A stretch of 64,000 nucleotides of DNA from an uncultured Nitrospinota bacterium (GCA_963707985.1 CAVPRW010000029.1:32001-96000); one strand, 5' to 3'. Shown: positions 41,811 through 54,794, numbered from the stretch's first letter. Made by a program: numbers and translations. Notes: a model not told the origin generated them from the sequence alone.

Positions 41811-42725
41811 CTATAACCTAATCCGTGGGTCTAGCACGACATAGACCAGGTCAACGGCAAAGTTGATGGCGACGATGAACGTGGCCCAGGTCAACACCGT
41901 CAGTTGCAGCAGCGGGAAATCGCGCCACAAGACGGCTTCATAGGCCAAGCGCCCCAAACCGGGCCAGGTGAAGACCACCTCCGTGGTGATCGCCGCGGCG
42001 ATAATCACGCCGTACATGAAGCCGATGAAGGTGATCACCGGGATCAGGGCGTTGCGCACCGCGTGCTTGCTGACCACGATGAATTCCCGTAGGCCCTTCA
42101 GCCGCGCCAGCTTGATGTACTCAGTGTCCAACACTTCCAACGTGCTCGAGCGCAGCAGGCGAACCACGCCCGCGCTGGTGGACCAGCCCATGGCCACGGC
42201 AGGTAGGATATAGTGCTGCCAACTTCCCATCCCGGAGGTAGGAAGCCAGCCCAACGTCACCGCGAAGATCAAGATGAACACGATCCCCGTCCAAAACGAC
42301 GGCAGGGATTGCCCTAAGAGCGCCACCGCCATCGCCACGCGGTCCCAGACCCGCCCCCGGTAGACCGCCGCCACTACACCCAAGGGCAGGCTGATGCAGA
42401 TGGTGATCAGCATGGCGACGGAGGCCAATTTCAGCGAATTCCACAGGCGGTCGCTCACCAGTTCGGTGACCGGACGTTTGGTGCGCAACGACGTCCCGAA
42501 ATCACCCCGCATGGCATCTTTCAAATAGCGCCAATATTGCTGACTCAAGGGCTGATCCAACCCCAGACGCGAGATCAACGCCTCCCGTTCCGCAGGGGTG
42601 GCATCCATCGGCAGCATCGTATCGGCGGGGCTGCCGGTAACCCGCGCCAGGGCAAACACGACAAAGCTCGCCGCCAGCAGGGTCAGCAGCGCTTGGCATA
42701 GGCGCACGAAGGTGAATTTGATCAT
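41811..42725 (-). CDS. Peptide ABC transporter permease (DppB-like)
   Basis: LGLDQP, GDFGTS, EYIKLARLKGL, HAVRNALIP. Confidence 0.95.
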   Translation of the reverse strand: MIKFTFVRLCQALLTLLAASFVVFALARVTGSPADTMLPMDATPAEREALISRLGLDQPLSQQYWRYLKDAMRGDFGTSLRTKRPVTELVSDRLWNSLKLASVAMLITICISLPLGVVAAVYRGRVWDRVAMAVALLGQSLPSFWTGIVFILIFAVTLGWLPTSGMGSWQHYILPAVAMGWSTSAGVVRLLRSSTLEVLDTEYIKLARLKGLREFIVVSKHAVRNALIPVITFIGFMYGVIIAAAITTEVVFTWPGLGRLAYEAVLWRDFPLLQLTVLTWATFIVAINFAVDLVYVVLDPRIRL

Positions 42726-42770
42726 CGATCGATCGCCATCATGCGAAAGATATCCTCTCTTACCAGCTCT

Positions 42771-44390
42771 TCATGGCTTTGGTCGCAGCGTTTCGAACGC
42801 CAGTGCCGTCGGCGTGCCATTGCTGGGTTGCCAATCGGCGACCTTAGCACTAGCAGCAAAGGGTGTATGCCGTAGCACAATGGGCATGGCCCAGTATTCC
42901 TCGTAGAGCTCGCGATTGATCTCGCGCAGGCGCCGATCCCGCGCCACGACATCGATGATCCCCGAGACCTCGACAAACAGCCGCTCAGAGCGCTCCTGGT
43001 TCCAGTACACCGAGGTTGAGCCCCCCGCCTGGTGACCGAGCATGAACACGCGCATGTTGTTCAACAAGGATGGCCGGGCCCAGGGAAACTGCACGCCCAC
43101 GGCCGCCGGCGGGTCGAATTTCTGGGGTCGCGACTGCGTACGCGAGCGGAAGGCACTATAGTCGATGGTCACGAGCTCGACATCGATGTCGAGCTTACGC
43201 CAGTAGCTGGCGATGACCTCGTTCACTTCTAGTTGTTCGGGGTTGGCCGTAAAGAAAAAGTTCCAATAGGTGACCTTTTCCCCCTTATACCCAGATGCCT
43301 TCAGCAGACGCTTGGCTTCCTCAGGATCATACCGGTAGGGCGGGAGCTCTGGATCATAACCCAACGTCACCCGGCTGAACAGCGGCGCGCCACCTCGCTG
43401 CCGCTCACCCACCTCGGGCGGATAGAACGCCTTCACCACCGCATCCCAATCGACCCCGAGGATCAGCGCCTTGCGGAACTCCAACTTATGGGTCAGAAAC
43501 GCCGGGTCGTAGGTTTTGTAGAACGACAGCATCGGAAATCCGGTATCTCTGGGGCCGATGATCTTGTAGCCGTCATTCTTGAGCGGCTCCACGTCCTGCG
43601 GCTCCAGCGAAATGAGCTCGGCCTCCCCACGCTTCAGCATGGCCACACGCGTGCGGGATTCAGGCACCAACAGCATGTGCAGCTTCGCAAAGCCGGGGAT
43701 ACGCTCGCGGTTCCAGTAGGCGCTATTGGCCTCGTATTCGATGTACTGGCCGATCTCGCGCTTGACGAACTTCCATGGGCCGCTGCCCATGGGTTTCTCC
43801 TCGAACCCCTGGAGCCCGACCTTGTCGATATAATGCTTGGGGAGTACTAAGAAATTGCCCTCCAGGGGCCCAAACGCATCGGGAATACCAACATCGGCGC
43901 GTTTGAGATGCATACGGACGGTCGTCGGATCGACGACTTCCGTGCGGTCGAGATTGGTACGCACCGCGCCACATTGCGTGCATTGCGTGGTTGGACCGGC
44001 ATAATGGTCGAGGCTGAACTTGATATCATCCGCGGTCATCTCGGTGCCATCATGCCACTTGACGCCTTTCCGCAGGACAAAGGTCCACACAGTGGCATCG
44101 GCGTTGGACTCATAGCGCTCCAGCGCCCCATAGTCCGTGGTGAGCTTGCCCTCAGGCGTGGCCCCGATGAACCAGTCAAACATCTGGCCGTGGTAGGGAA
44201 GCCCAGGAGTGCCGTCCTGAGCCGGATCCATGATTTCCTTTGAAAAAGTGTGGAAGGCCACCCGCACGGTGCCCTGGGGTGTGACCGATGCAGCACCCAA
44301 GACGGGCGTGGCTCCTGCCCACATGCTAAGCACGGAGCCGATGACCAGACTGAACGCCGTAAACCAAGAAAAACGCCGCTGTCGTCTCAT
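42771..44390 (-). CDS. ABC transporter substrate-binding protein, family 5
   Basis: Signal peptide, LRKGVKWHDGTEMTADDIKFS, PMGSGPWKF, YDPEEAKRLL. Confidence 0.93.
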   Translation of the reverse strand: MRRQRRFSWFTAFSLVIGSVLSMWAGATPVLGAASVTPQGTVRVAFHTFSKEIMDPAQDGTPGLPYHGQMFDWFIGATPEGKLTTDYGALERYESNADATVWTFVLRKGVKWHDGTEMTADDIKFSLDHYAGPTTQCTQCGAVRTNLDRTEVVDPTTVRMHLKRADVGIPDAFGPLEGNFLVLPKHYIDKVGLQGFEEKPMGSGPWKFVKREIGQYIEYEANSAYWNRERIPGFAKLHMLLVPESRTRVAMLKRGEAELISLEPQDVEPLKNDGYKIIGPRDTGFPMLSFYKTYDPAFLTHKLEFRKALILGVDWDAVVKAFYPPEVGERQRGGAPLFSRVTLGYDPELPPYRYDPEEAKRLLKASGYKGEKVTYWNFFFTANPEQLEVNEVIASYWRKLDIDVELVTIDYSAFRSRTQSRPQKFDPPAAVGVQFPWARPSLLNNMRVFMLGHQAGGSTSVYWNQERSERLFVEVSGIIDVVARDRRLREINRELYEEYWAMPIVLRHTPFAASAKVADWQPSNGTPTALAFETLRPKP

Positions 44391-44739
44391 GTACACTCCC
44401 AACCTGCACGTCGCCTCGAACAGCGACAGGTCTATAGTTACTCATCAATCGTCTATTCATATGACGCTCGACCAGTCTCCACTGGAGTCGCGCTTTTCAG
44501 GCAGAGGGCTTCCTTGAGCGCTTCCTACCGATGCAGGGGCAATGCCATGCAGATCAGCCACACCTAGGGCTCCCGCAGCTTCATGGGCACGCTCTCACGC
44601 CAGAGCGCTGATAGCGCACCGCGAGCCCGAGCACAGGCGTGAGAGGGGGTGTATTCCGGAGGTCGACGCCGCTCCCGGATGGGGAATTCAGGGAAGCCAA
44701 ACGCCTAGATTTACGGCAAAGGTGTCATAGAGGTGGTTA

Positions 44740-44830
44740 TCATTTGACCGGAGCGGACCTGGCGGCAGGCTTGCCCGTCGGGACAAGCGTCGTGGAGTCG
44801 GCCTGCGGTTCTGTCGTGAAGCATCGACTC
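44740..44830 (+). mobile_element. Transposase C-terminal remnant (ISKra4/ISLre2-like)
   Basis: LAAGLPVGTSVVESACGSVVKHR resembles the 'PIGSGxxESAC' catalytic-Glu segment. Confidence 0.55.
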
Positions 44831-44880
44831 TCATTCTCCTTTCAAGTCAAGGGTAGCAGCTTTATACCTTTGCGACACCT

Positions 44881-47800
44881 TCAGCATGTTGATTGAACCT
44901 TGTGGAGAACTTCTGCCAAGTGCCTGGCGAAGACTCTACCATGTGGCTCTTGAAACAGCCCGAAGTGATCCCCAGGGACCACATGCGTTTCCCATGCTCC
45001 GACGGCGAACTTGCGCCACTCAACTGGCAGCTGGTCCGGACTTTGTTCGGCTCGGAAGAAAACGACATGCCCTGGATACGGCTGGGGAATGTAGGCACGA
45101 CCAGCCTGCAGGCCCACGTGGAGGAAGTACGGCATACAGAGCCGGCGGGGTATGCGGCGCCCAGTCTTCAGGTAGCGCTCACAGATGATGTTGGCAAGGG
45201 TTCTGCCAATCTTGGTCAGGCTTTTTCTGCACCGTACCCACACCGGTGGATGATACTGGAGACTCGTCGGATCAATCAAGATCAGCAGTGCCACCTCTTG
45301 CCCTTGCCTGCGCACCTGTTGAGCCATTTCAAAGGCGATCATGCCACCGATAGAGGCCCCTCCCAAAAAGTACGGCCCCTGGGGCTGGAACGTCTGGATA
45401 TCTTTGAGGTAATCGGCGGCCATGGCCTCAATGGAGCTGGGGGCACGTCGACCATCCAGGGCATGCGGATGCAACGCGTAATACGGTTGCTCCTCAGGCA
45501 TTGCACAGCCCATGAGTTCGACGCCATGCACGCAGAAGAAGGGTGGTTTGCTGCCTCCAGGGCGATAGGCCAGGAGTAAGGACGGCGGAGCCGTCCACCC
45601 GGCTTGACGGAGCTGGGTGGCCAGGAGTTCGACGGTGGGCGCCTGATATAGGCTGGCGAGTGGAACATGCCTCCCGAGTACCTTCTCCATCTGGGCGCAA
45701 AGGCGTACAGCTAGGAACGAGTGTCCTCCCAGGGCAAAGAAGTTATCCTGCACCCCAATGGATGCCAGACCCAGGCCCTGCTCCCACACCTTGGTCAGCT
45801 GGTATTCCAACTGATCGCGCGGCGCCACAAAAGTGTTGGTTGGCGTAGCGCGTCCGGGCTCCGGCGTTGGCAGCGCCTGACGATCCACTTTGCCGTTCGG
45901 CATCAGCGGCAAGGTCCTGAGAGGCACAAAGACCGCTGGAATCATGTAGTCAGGGAGTGTTGCCTGGAGAAACCTGCGGAGCTCACCGTTATCAGGGACG
46001 GTGTGGAGGGCAGGGACGAAGTACGCTGCCAGATATTTCTCCCCGGCGTGGTCCTCACGTAGCACGACTACGGCCATTCGTACGCCCGGATGGTGTGCCA
46101 AGACTGCTTCGATTTCCCCGAGTTCGATACGGTACCCGCGGAGCTTCACCTGGGCATCGAGACGCCCAAGAAACGCCAGGTTGCCGGTGGAGAGCAGCCG
46201 GACGAGGTCACCTGTTTGGTACAGCCGTGCTGTGGAATCAGGGCTAAAGGGGTTGGGGACAAACTTGAGATCAGTAAGCTCAGGCCGATTGCGGTAGCCG
46301 CGGGCCAAGCCTGCTCCACCAATATACAGTTCTCCCGCTACCCCGATCGGCACGGGTTGTTGCTGGGCGTTCAAGACGTAGAACTGCGTGTTGGCAATTG
46401 GCCGTCCGATGTTCATAGAGGCATCCGTGGCCGCTACCTGGGAGACAGCAGACCAGATCGTTGTCTCGGTGGGACCATACATATTCCAGAGCGAGGCGCA
46501 CCGAGTCAGGAGCTGTTCGGCCAAGTCCTGCGAGAGGGCTTCGCCACCACAGAGGACCTTCAGGTGCGGGCTGCCTTGCCACCCAGTGTCCACCAGAAGG
46601 CGCCAGGTTGCCGGAGTGGCTTGCATGACCGTTGCACCAGAGTGTGCCAGCAGTGCGGCGAGTCGTGTGCCGTCCATGGCCGTGGCTCGACTGCTAATGA
46701 CCGCCCGAGCGCCTACTAACAGCGGCAGGTAGAGTTCGAGCGCAGCAATATCAAAGGAGATGGTGGTTACGGCCAGCAACGTATCCTGCGCCGTCAAGCC
46801 TGGCTGTTGGCGCATCGCATAGAGAAAGTTGGTCAGCGCCTGGTGGCCAATTTGTACCCCTTTGGGTTTGCCCGTCGAGCCCGAGGTATAGATGACATAG
46901 GCGAGGTCGGACGCGGTGGTCATACTGGGTACGTTGGCGTCGCTTTCCTGCGCAATCGTTCCCCAGTCGGAGTCGAGGCAGATCATCTGCGCGGGCGATG
47001 TTGGGAGGCTCATCCGCAGATGCTCCTGGGTGAGCAAGATGTGGAGGTCGGCATCTGCTAGCATGAATGTCAGGCGCTCTGGCGGATAGGTCGGATCGAG
47101 CGGCACGTACGCGCCACCCGCTTTGAGAATGCCTAGCAGCCCCACCAGCATCTCCAGTGAGCGCTCGACACAGAGCCCCACCAACACCTCAGGGCCGACG
47201 CCCAGCCGCCGGAGATAATGCGCCACCTGATTGGCCCGGCGATTCAGGGTGTGATAGGTCAGAGACTGGTCCTCGTACACCACCGCAATGGCCTCCGGCG
47301 TGCGCACCACCTGGGCCTCAAACAACGTCTGGATACAGGTATCAGTGGGGTATTCTGCCTGGGTGGCATTCCAGGCCACGAGTATCTGTTGCCGCTCAGC
47401 CGCTGTTAACAGCGGTAAGCCGGCAATGGTTTGGTTTGGATTCGCCACTATCCCCTCGAGCAGGCACTGGAAATGCCCTGCAAGACGTGCAATGGTTGTC
47501 TCGTCAAACAGATCCGTGTTATACTCCCAGGCTGCTTTCCAGCATCCCCGCTGCTTCTCTCATAAACAGGGTCAAATCAAACTTTGCAGTACCACACCCT
47601 ATTGGGAACGGGCGCGCTGTCAGATCTAGGAGCTCCAGAGAGACATCTGGCACATTCTGCCAGGCAAACATGACCTGACACAACGGCGCATGGCTGAGCT
47701 GACGCATTGGTTGGAGTTCTTCGACGAGCTTCTCAAACGGTAGATCCTGGTGGGCATGCGCCCCCAGGGTGACCTCGTATACTTGTTTTAGTAATGCCCG

Positions 47801-48854
47801 AAAGGGCAGCGCGCTCGATACGGCTGTGCGTAGCACAAGCGTGTTCACAAACAACCCGATCAATCCCTCAAGCGCCGGGTAATGACGGTTCGCAATCGGG
47901 GCACCCACCAGGATATCGTCTTGACCGCTATAGCGATGCAGCAGGGCCTGCAAGGCTGCCAATAGGGTCATAAAGAGGGTTACTCCTTCGCCTTGGCTTA
48001 GCGTTTTGAGTGCAGTACTCAGGCCGCGGGGGAGTACCAGGGGGTATCTTGCTCCGTGGAAGGTTTGGACTGTCGGTCGTGGACGATCCGTGGGCAGCTC
48101 CAGCAGTGGCGGGCTTCCTGCAAGCTGCTGCTTCCAGTAGGAAAGTTGCTGTTCTAGCACCTCTCCTTGCAGCCGCTGCCGCTGCCAAACGGCATAATCG
48201 GCGTATTGGATTGGCAAGGCTGTTAGCGGGGATGATGTCGCGGTACAGTGGGCTCGATAAAGCGCTGCTAATTCCCGGAAGAACACTTCGAGGGACCACC
48301 CATCTGTGACAATGTGGTGCAGCGTAACCTGAACGACATACTCTTCTGGCCCCATCTGGATGAGTAAGACGCGACACAGAGGATCACGTGCTAAGTCAAA
48401 AGGCTGTTGGGCCTCGGCAGTGCAGCGCTGCAGCATTTGCACCGCTTGTTCTGCCGCAGGCACTCCCTGAAGATCTACCCGCTGCAACGGCATAGAGGCA
48501 CTGGCAGCTATAATCTGAACCGGCTCCCCATCTGTGGCAACAAACGTCGTGCGCAGAGCTTCATGGCGCTGCACAATGTCATGGAGACTCTGTTCCAGGG
48601 CCATCGGTTGGAGCGAGCCACTGAGGCGGTAGGCAACCGAAAGGTTATAGAGCGGCGTGCCTGGCGCCCACTGGTCGAGGAACCATAACCGCTGCTGGGC
48701 GAACGACAGCGGTGGGGCGGACAAGTCGCCGCGTCGGGGAATCGTCGGGGCAGGAGCAGAGGTCCTCCTCTTCTAACAAATACGCCAGCAGTTCCAGCTT
48801 GTCTGCGGGTAGCGCCGCAATATCGGTAGAAAGTAGCCTTTCCATTTCCTTCAA
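44881..48854 (-). CDS. NRPS 2: C - A(Gly) - T - TE (frameshifts near 48720 and 47530)
   Basis: HHIVTDGWS; YTSGSTGKPKG; manually read code DILQLGMIWK (Gly-type); GGHSFLA; TE GASIGG and GDH. Confidence 0.9.
47108..47373. repeat. About 266-bp near-identical repeat (copy in NRPS 2)
   Basis: Matches 50514-50779 with about 3 mismatches by eye. Confidence 0.9.
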
Positions 48855-51800
48855 CCTCTTGCTCGGCTTTTTTGTTGTAACGCATGGTGTACGTCTTCAG
48901 GCGACATTGCCGTGAGGCGTTGCAGCATCCGCGCGATTTTTTCAGTCCGTCCGGGAGTGGCCTCATACGTGATGACTGCCTGTGCCAACTCGGCGACCGT
49001 GGGTGTTGCAAAGAACTGTTGCAGGGGGAAGGTCACCTGGAGGACGCTATGCAGTCGGGAGATGATCTGGGTGGCCAACAACGAATGCCCTCCGAGCGCA
49101 AAGAAATTGTCATGAATACCAAGTTGCTGCAGGCCCAGGACTGCTCTCCAAATGTCCGCCACTGCTGCTTCCACGGCAGTCCGTGGAGGCTCAAAGGGGC
49201 AGTCGGGATCAAGGGGTTGGTGTCGGGTCCTGGCAGCACCCGTCGATCCACCTTGCCGTTGGGCAGTAATGGTAAGGCGTCAAGCCAGACAATGGCGGCA
49301 GGCACCATATAGTCGGGTAATGCTTGCTGGACAGTCTGGCGTAGAACGCTGACGGGTGGACGGACGGATGGGTTCGCGACCACATAGGCAATGAGACGCG
49401 TCTTTCCTGCTTCCTGCGCCTGGGCAAGCACCATGGCTTGACGCACTGCCGGGTGGCGATGCAGTACTGTCTCTATTTCGCCAAGCTCGATACGGAAACC
49501 ACGAACCTTTACCTGGGTGTCCAGACGGCCAAGAAACTCAAGATTCGCAGTGGGAAGGAGCCGGACGAGATCACCAGTTTTATAGAGACGTGCGGTGGGA
49601 TCCGGGCTAAAGGGATTGGGAATAAACTTGGCAGCCGTCAGCTCCGGACGATTCAGGTAGCCGCGAGCCAGTCCTCGCCCACCGATGTGGAGTTCGCCAG
49701 GCACGCCTATCGGTACCGGCTGAAGCTGTTGATCCAGCACATATGTCTGCACGTTACGGACGGCACGACCAATGGGGATTACGCGCCTTATGGTCTCTCG
49801 CTCTTCTCTCTCTGAGAGCACGCACATGGTGGCGGCTATGGTCGTTTCGGTTGGACCATACGCATTGATCAACCGCACAGCGCGATCGACCCGTTTGTGC
49901 CATTGTTGTAAGTGCTCCTGCTGCGCCTGTTCTCCACCAATGATCACCAGACGGACTGCGGCAGGAAGGGCCAGGGATGGCGCGTCGAGCGTGGCAGCGA
50001 GTTCATGCCAGTAGGCGGTTGGGAGATCCAGGACGGTCAACCCCCATTCTTGACACTTTTGCATAAACACCGGTATGGAAGTCCAGCATCCCTTCTGTTC
50101 GCAGAACAAGTGTTGCCCCGTGCGTCAGGCATGTGAAGATTTCCTGCGCGGCCGGATCGAAATTGAGCGAAATAAATTGCAGCAGGCGGTCTCTGGGTTC
50201 TATAGCAAAGACGGCACTCGCGGCCTCAATGTAGTTTACCAACGACTGGTGCTCGATCATAACACCTTTGGGTATGCCAGTGGAGCCAGACGTATAAATG
50301 ACATAGGCCAGATGCTTGGCCGTCACCCCACTGCACAGGTTGTCGGCGCTCTCGCATGCCAGCACATCCCAGTCTGCGTCCAGGGCGATGAGCCGCACTC
50401 GGTGTCCCGAGAGGAGTGGCCTCAAGCGCTGTTGTGTAAGGACGATGGACAGCTGGCTATCCTCTATCATGCAGTCAAGGCGTTCCGTCGGGTACGCAGG
50501 GTCCAGCGGTACATACGCGCCACCCGCTTTGAGAATGCCTAGCAGCCCCACCAACATCTCCAGTGAGCGCTCGACACAGAGCCCCACCAACACCTCAGGG
50601 CCGACGCCCAGCCGCCGGAGATAATGCGCCACCTGATTGGCCCGGCGATTCAGCGTGTCATAGGTCAGAGACTGGTCCTCGTACACCACCGCAATGGCCT
50701 CCGGCGTGCGCACCACCTGGGCCTCAAACAACGTCTGGATACAGGTATCAGTGGGGTATTCTGCCTGGGTGGCATTCCATGTGACCAGCACCTGCCGCTG
50801 TTCGGACTCTGTCAGGAGTGGGAGGTGGGCAATAGGCTGATTAGGATTGGCCACAATCCCGGCTAATAAGGTCTGGAAGTGTGCCCCAAACCGCCTAATG
50901 GTGGCTGCTTCAAACAGGTCAGTGTTGTATTCGAACACGCAGGATAACCCGTGAGGGTGGTCGCTGACGTCCACCGCCAGGTCAACCATGGCCGCACCGC
51001 GGTCAAACTCGTGCTCTTCCACCATGAGCCCTTGTACCTCCGTGGCCATAGGGGGGAGGTTACGGAGTTGAAACATGACCTGGAAGAGTGGATTGCGGCT
51101 CAGATCGCGTTCCGGTTGTAAGGCTTCCACTAGCTTTTCAAACGGCACCTCCTGGTGCGTATAGGCATGCAAGGCCACGTCACGCACACGCCGGAGCGCT
51201 TCGCGAAACGTGGGGCTCCCAGAGAGGTCTGTGCGCAGGACCAGGGTGTTCACAAACACCCCTATAAGAGCTTCGGTGTCGATCCAATGACGGCCGGCCA
51301 CTGGGGAGCCTACGACAATGTCCTCCTGGCCGGTATACCGAAACAGCAAGGTCTGGAAAGCTGCCAGTAGGGTCATGAACAGGGTCACCTGTTCGTCGCT
51401 GGCTCAGGGCCTTGAGGGCGACGCTGAGGCTCTGTGGGAGCGCAAGCGTGTACCGCGCGCCTCGAAACGTCTGGACCGCTGGGCGTGTGTGGTCAGTGGG
51501 CAAGGCTAAGACCGGTAGATTCGCACCAAGGTGCTGCTGCCAGGCGGTTAGCTGGGCGTCGAGCCGTGGGCCGTGCAGCCATTGCCGTTGCCAGTGGGCG
51601 AAGTCTGCATACTGCAGGGGCAGCGGCGGGAGTTGCGACGGCTTGCCAGCGCAATAGGCATCATACAATACCGCGAGATCGCGCCAGAGAACCCCGACCG
51701 ACCATCCGTCAAAGACGATATGATGCATGACCAGGAGGAGTATGTGCTCTGTGTGACTTAGCCGTAGCAACGTTGTGCGCAGCAACGGGCCATGGGCTAA

Positions 51801-53990
51801 ATCGAACTTATGCTGTGAGGCTGCACTCATGAGTCGCTGCGCTGCGGCTGTTTTTACCGGCCCGGGTAGAGCCTTGAGGTCGGCGACTGCCAGTTCCATT
51901 GGCTGCTGTGGGGCAATGACTTGTATGGGTCGTCCATCCACATCTGGAAAGGTGCTACGCAAGATTTCGTGACGCTGCACAACTGCATTCAGGCTGTGCT
52001 CCAATGCCGCGACATTGAGCGGCCCACGCAGGCGCAGTGCAACAGGGCGGTTATAGACAGGACTGCCTGGCTCGAATTGGTTGAAAAACCACAAGCGTTC
52101 CTGGGCATTTGAAAGGGGCCGGGCATCATCTCTGGGCATAGCCGCTGTGGGTCGCGGCGGCAATGCCTCGGTGGCCTGTCTGGCGGTTGCCATATGGCTA
52201 GCCAGGTCGGCCACGGTAGGATGTTCAAAAAAGACCAGAAACGACAGTTCCACCTGCAGGATCTGGCGTACCCGCGCGAGAATCTGTGTGGCTAGGATAG
52301 AATCGCCACCCAGTTGGAAAAAATTATCATGGATTCCCAAGGGCGTGACCCCTAACACCTGGGAGTAGATTTCAACCAGTATGCCTTCCAGAGGCGTGCG
52401 TGACGCGATACATGCGGGAGTGGCAGAGGGCAGCTGTGCATTGGCGGTCAGGCCGAGTTTTTCCGCTAGACCAAGACGCTGCAATTTCCCCGTGGCGCTT
52501 TTGGGGATCTCATCCAGACAGAGCACCTGGCGTGGTACTTTAAAATCCGCCAAACGCGTGGCGGCAAAGGCGCGGAGTTCTGTCGCCATTGCGACAGCGC
52601 CTGGGCGTAACACCACCGCCGCAGCAACGTCCTCACCCAAGTGCACATGCGGCATGGCAAAGGCGACGGCCTGGGCAACTGCTGGATGCGTCAGCAACAC
52701 GTCCTCAACTTCGTGTGGCGCAATTTTTTCTCCAGCGCGGTTGATGAGCTCCTTGAGGCGTCCGGTGAGAAAGAGATAGCCCTCCGGGTCCAGGAACCCC
52801 TGATCCCCGGTTCTGAACCAGCCGTGATAATAGGCTCTGGCGTTCGCTGCTGAGTTGTTAGCGTAGCCTATGGTCACGTTGGCCCCGCGAATCACCACCT
52901 CAGCCGTTTCTCCTGGCGGTAACACGCGGCCCGTTTCGTCCATAATTGCCACCTCGGGTCCTGCTGCCAACCCCACAGACCCGATCTTGCGTTCCGCAGG
53001 CGGCAGCGGATTACTGGCAATCTGATGTGCTGCCTCAGTCATGCCATAGGCCTCGATCACTGGCACCCCAAAAGTACGCTCCAGCTCTGCCATGACCGGT
53101 GGTGGTAAGGGCGCAGAGCACGAGCGAATGAAACGGAGAGGACAGCGGGCAATAACCTCTCTCTGCTGTCCCGCCCGTGTCAGTATGCCCTGATGCATAG
53201 TAGGCACGGCGGTGTACCACGTTGGGCGGCACTCGGTGAGCCAGGTGAAAAAATTCAGGGCGTGAAACCCTGGGGTACACACTACGCTTGCACCCGCAAC
53301 CAGTGATGAGAGGATGGCACCGACGAGACCGTGGATGTGAAACAGCGGCATAATGTTCAAACAGCGGTCACGGGCATCCAGAGCAAGCGTCTGGGCTATG
53401 TTGTGGGCAGACATCATTAAGTTACGCTGTGTCAGTGGCACGATCTTCGGCCGTGAAGTAGTACCGGACGTATGCAGGATGAGAGCGACATCGTCTGCAT
53501 GCGTCTCCTCCTGCGCCGCGGCGGCAGGAGGAATATCGCCCTGCAACATAAAGCGGCCAGCTTCGGCCTCGCGGATTGGCGTCAATTCGATCAGAGGGAT
53601 CCCTCGCGCTTGTGCCACGTTACGCGCTGGCGACGCAACGCCAGATTGGACGATCAGGACGCTGATCCCCAGGTCCGCAAAGTAGAACTCGTACTCATTG
53701 TCGCGATAGGCCGGGTTGAGCGGTACAAACGCTCCATTTGCTGCCAGGGCGAGAAACGCCACCGCTGCTTCCGGGCCGTTGGGGAGTACCACCGCCACCC
53801 GATCCTGGCGTCCTACTCCGAGCGTTCTCAGCGTCTGGCGTGTCTCTTGCGAGCATTGCCAAAGTTGGCTATAGGTCATCGGGGTTCGATCTGGAGCCAA
53901 GATGGCATTAGCCTGAGGGGTACGATGCGCCTGGGCTGCAAGCCAGGCAGATATGCTGCAATCGTGCAGAACATGGGGTGCGAGGGCCAT
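48851..53990 (-). CDS. NRPS 1: acyl-CoA-ligase-like A - T - C - A - T (frameshifts near 51390, 50080, 49190)
   Basis: LHTSGTTSRPK ligase domain, GGDSILA, HHIVFDGWS, YTSGSTGIPKG, YGPTETT, NGKVDR, GGHSLLA. Confidence 0.9.
50514..50779. repeat. About 266-bp near-identical repeat (copy in NRPS 1)
   Basis: Encodes WNATQAEYPTDTCIQTLFEAQVV...LKAGGAY, nearly identical in DNA to 47108-47373. Confidence 0.9.
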
Positions 53991-54794
53991 AAGACGCTTA
54001 CCTCGTTTGCAAACAACGCCAGAAACGCTTGGAAACCTTCGAAGTGACAGACTTCAGGCCATCGCTAGATGATGCGCTTGAAGTCTGCAAAAATGTCCAA
54101 TACCTCACAGCGTTGCCCTCTGGCACTCGGTGTAAGGTGACGGTAACCGTACTGTCGTTCGTCCCTCTGGCGGTTGGGGTCTCCTCGAAGTGGAGGTTAT
54201 CGGCAACTTGACGGAGGGTGAATCAGCCGGGATGGCATTAACTTCTATTCGGGCCTGCCCCCAGCGATAGGAGTTGCCGCAGCGCCAATCATAGGCTGAG
54301 GCAGTGGCGCCCGTTTTGCACGCCATAGTCACCCTCCCCTGCGGATCAACAGCGGCCCCGAGGCGACGAGCAGAGGTCCCTCTTCGACGAAATCGCTGGC
54401 TCCCATGAGGCCTCGGGCCATCAGCAGTGTCACCGTCTGAACCCCATGCGAGTCTCTCCAAGGACTGCATGGCATAGCAAGAGTGATACCCAAAGGGCCA
54501 CCACATCTGCCTACGCGTGCAGGAACTGCGCTGCAGAGCCGGCTCCGATCAGTTAAGCCGCTGGCACCTCTGCCGGGCGGGCGGCCGCGTGGTGTCTCAT
54601 CTCTGCGACCTTGTGCGAAGGTCTGGCTTATATATGTGAGGCTGAGAGGTAGCGGGCAGGCGATTCCCACAGGAGAGACTTTCGTCTCAATAACGATATT
54701 CTCAGCATTATGGCTTTGATAGGTTAACTAGATCCAAGGCAATCACCAGGCATAGGGGTGAGAGAGCGGCCCCTCACGTGTCCCTTAGGCGCCC

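Noticed and set aside
54029..54760. Small ORFs upstream of the NRPS as a RiPP precursor, MbtH protein or riboswitch
   Set aside because: No MbtH tryptophan pattern, leader motif or recognisable aptamer.
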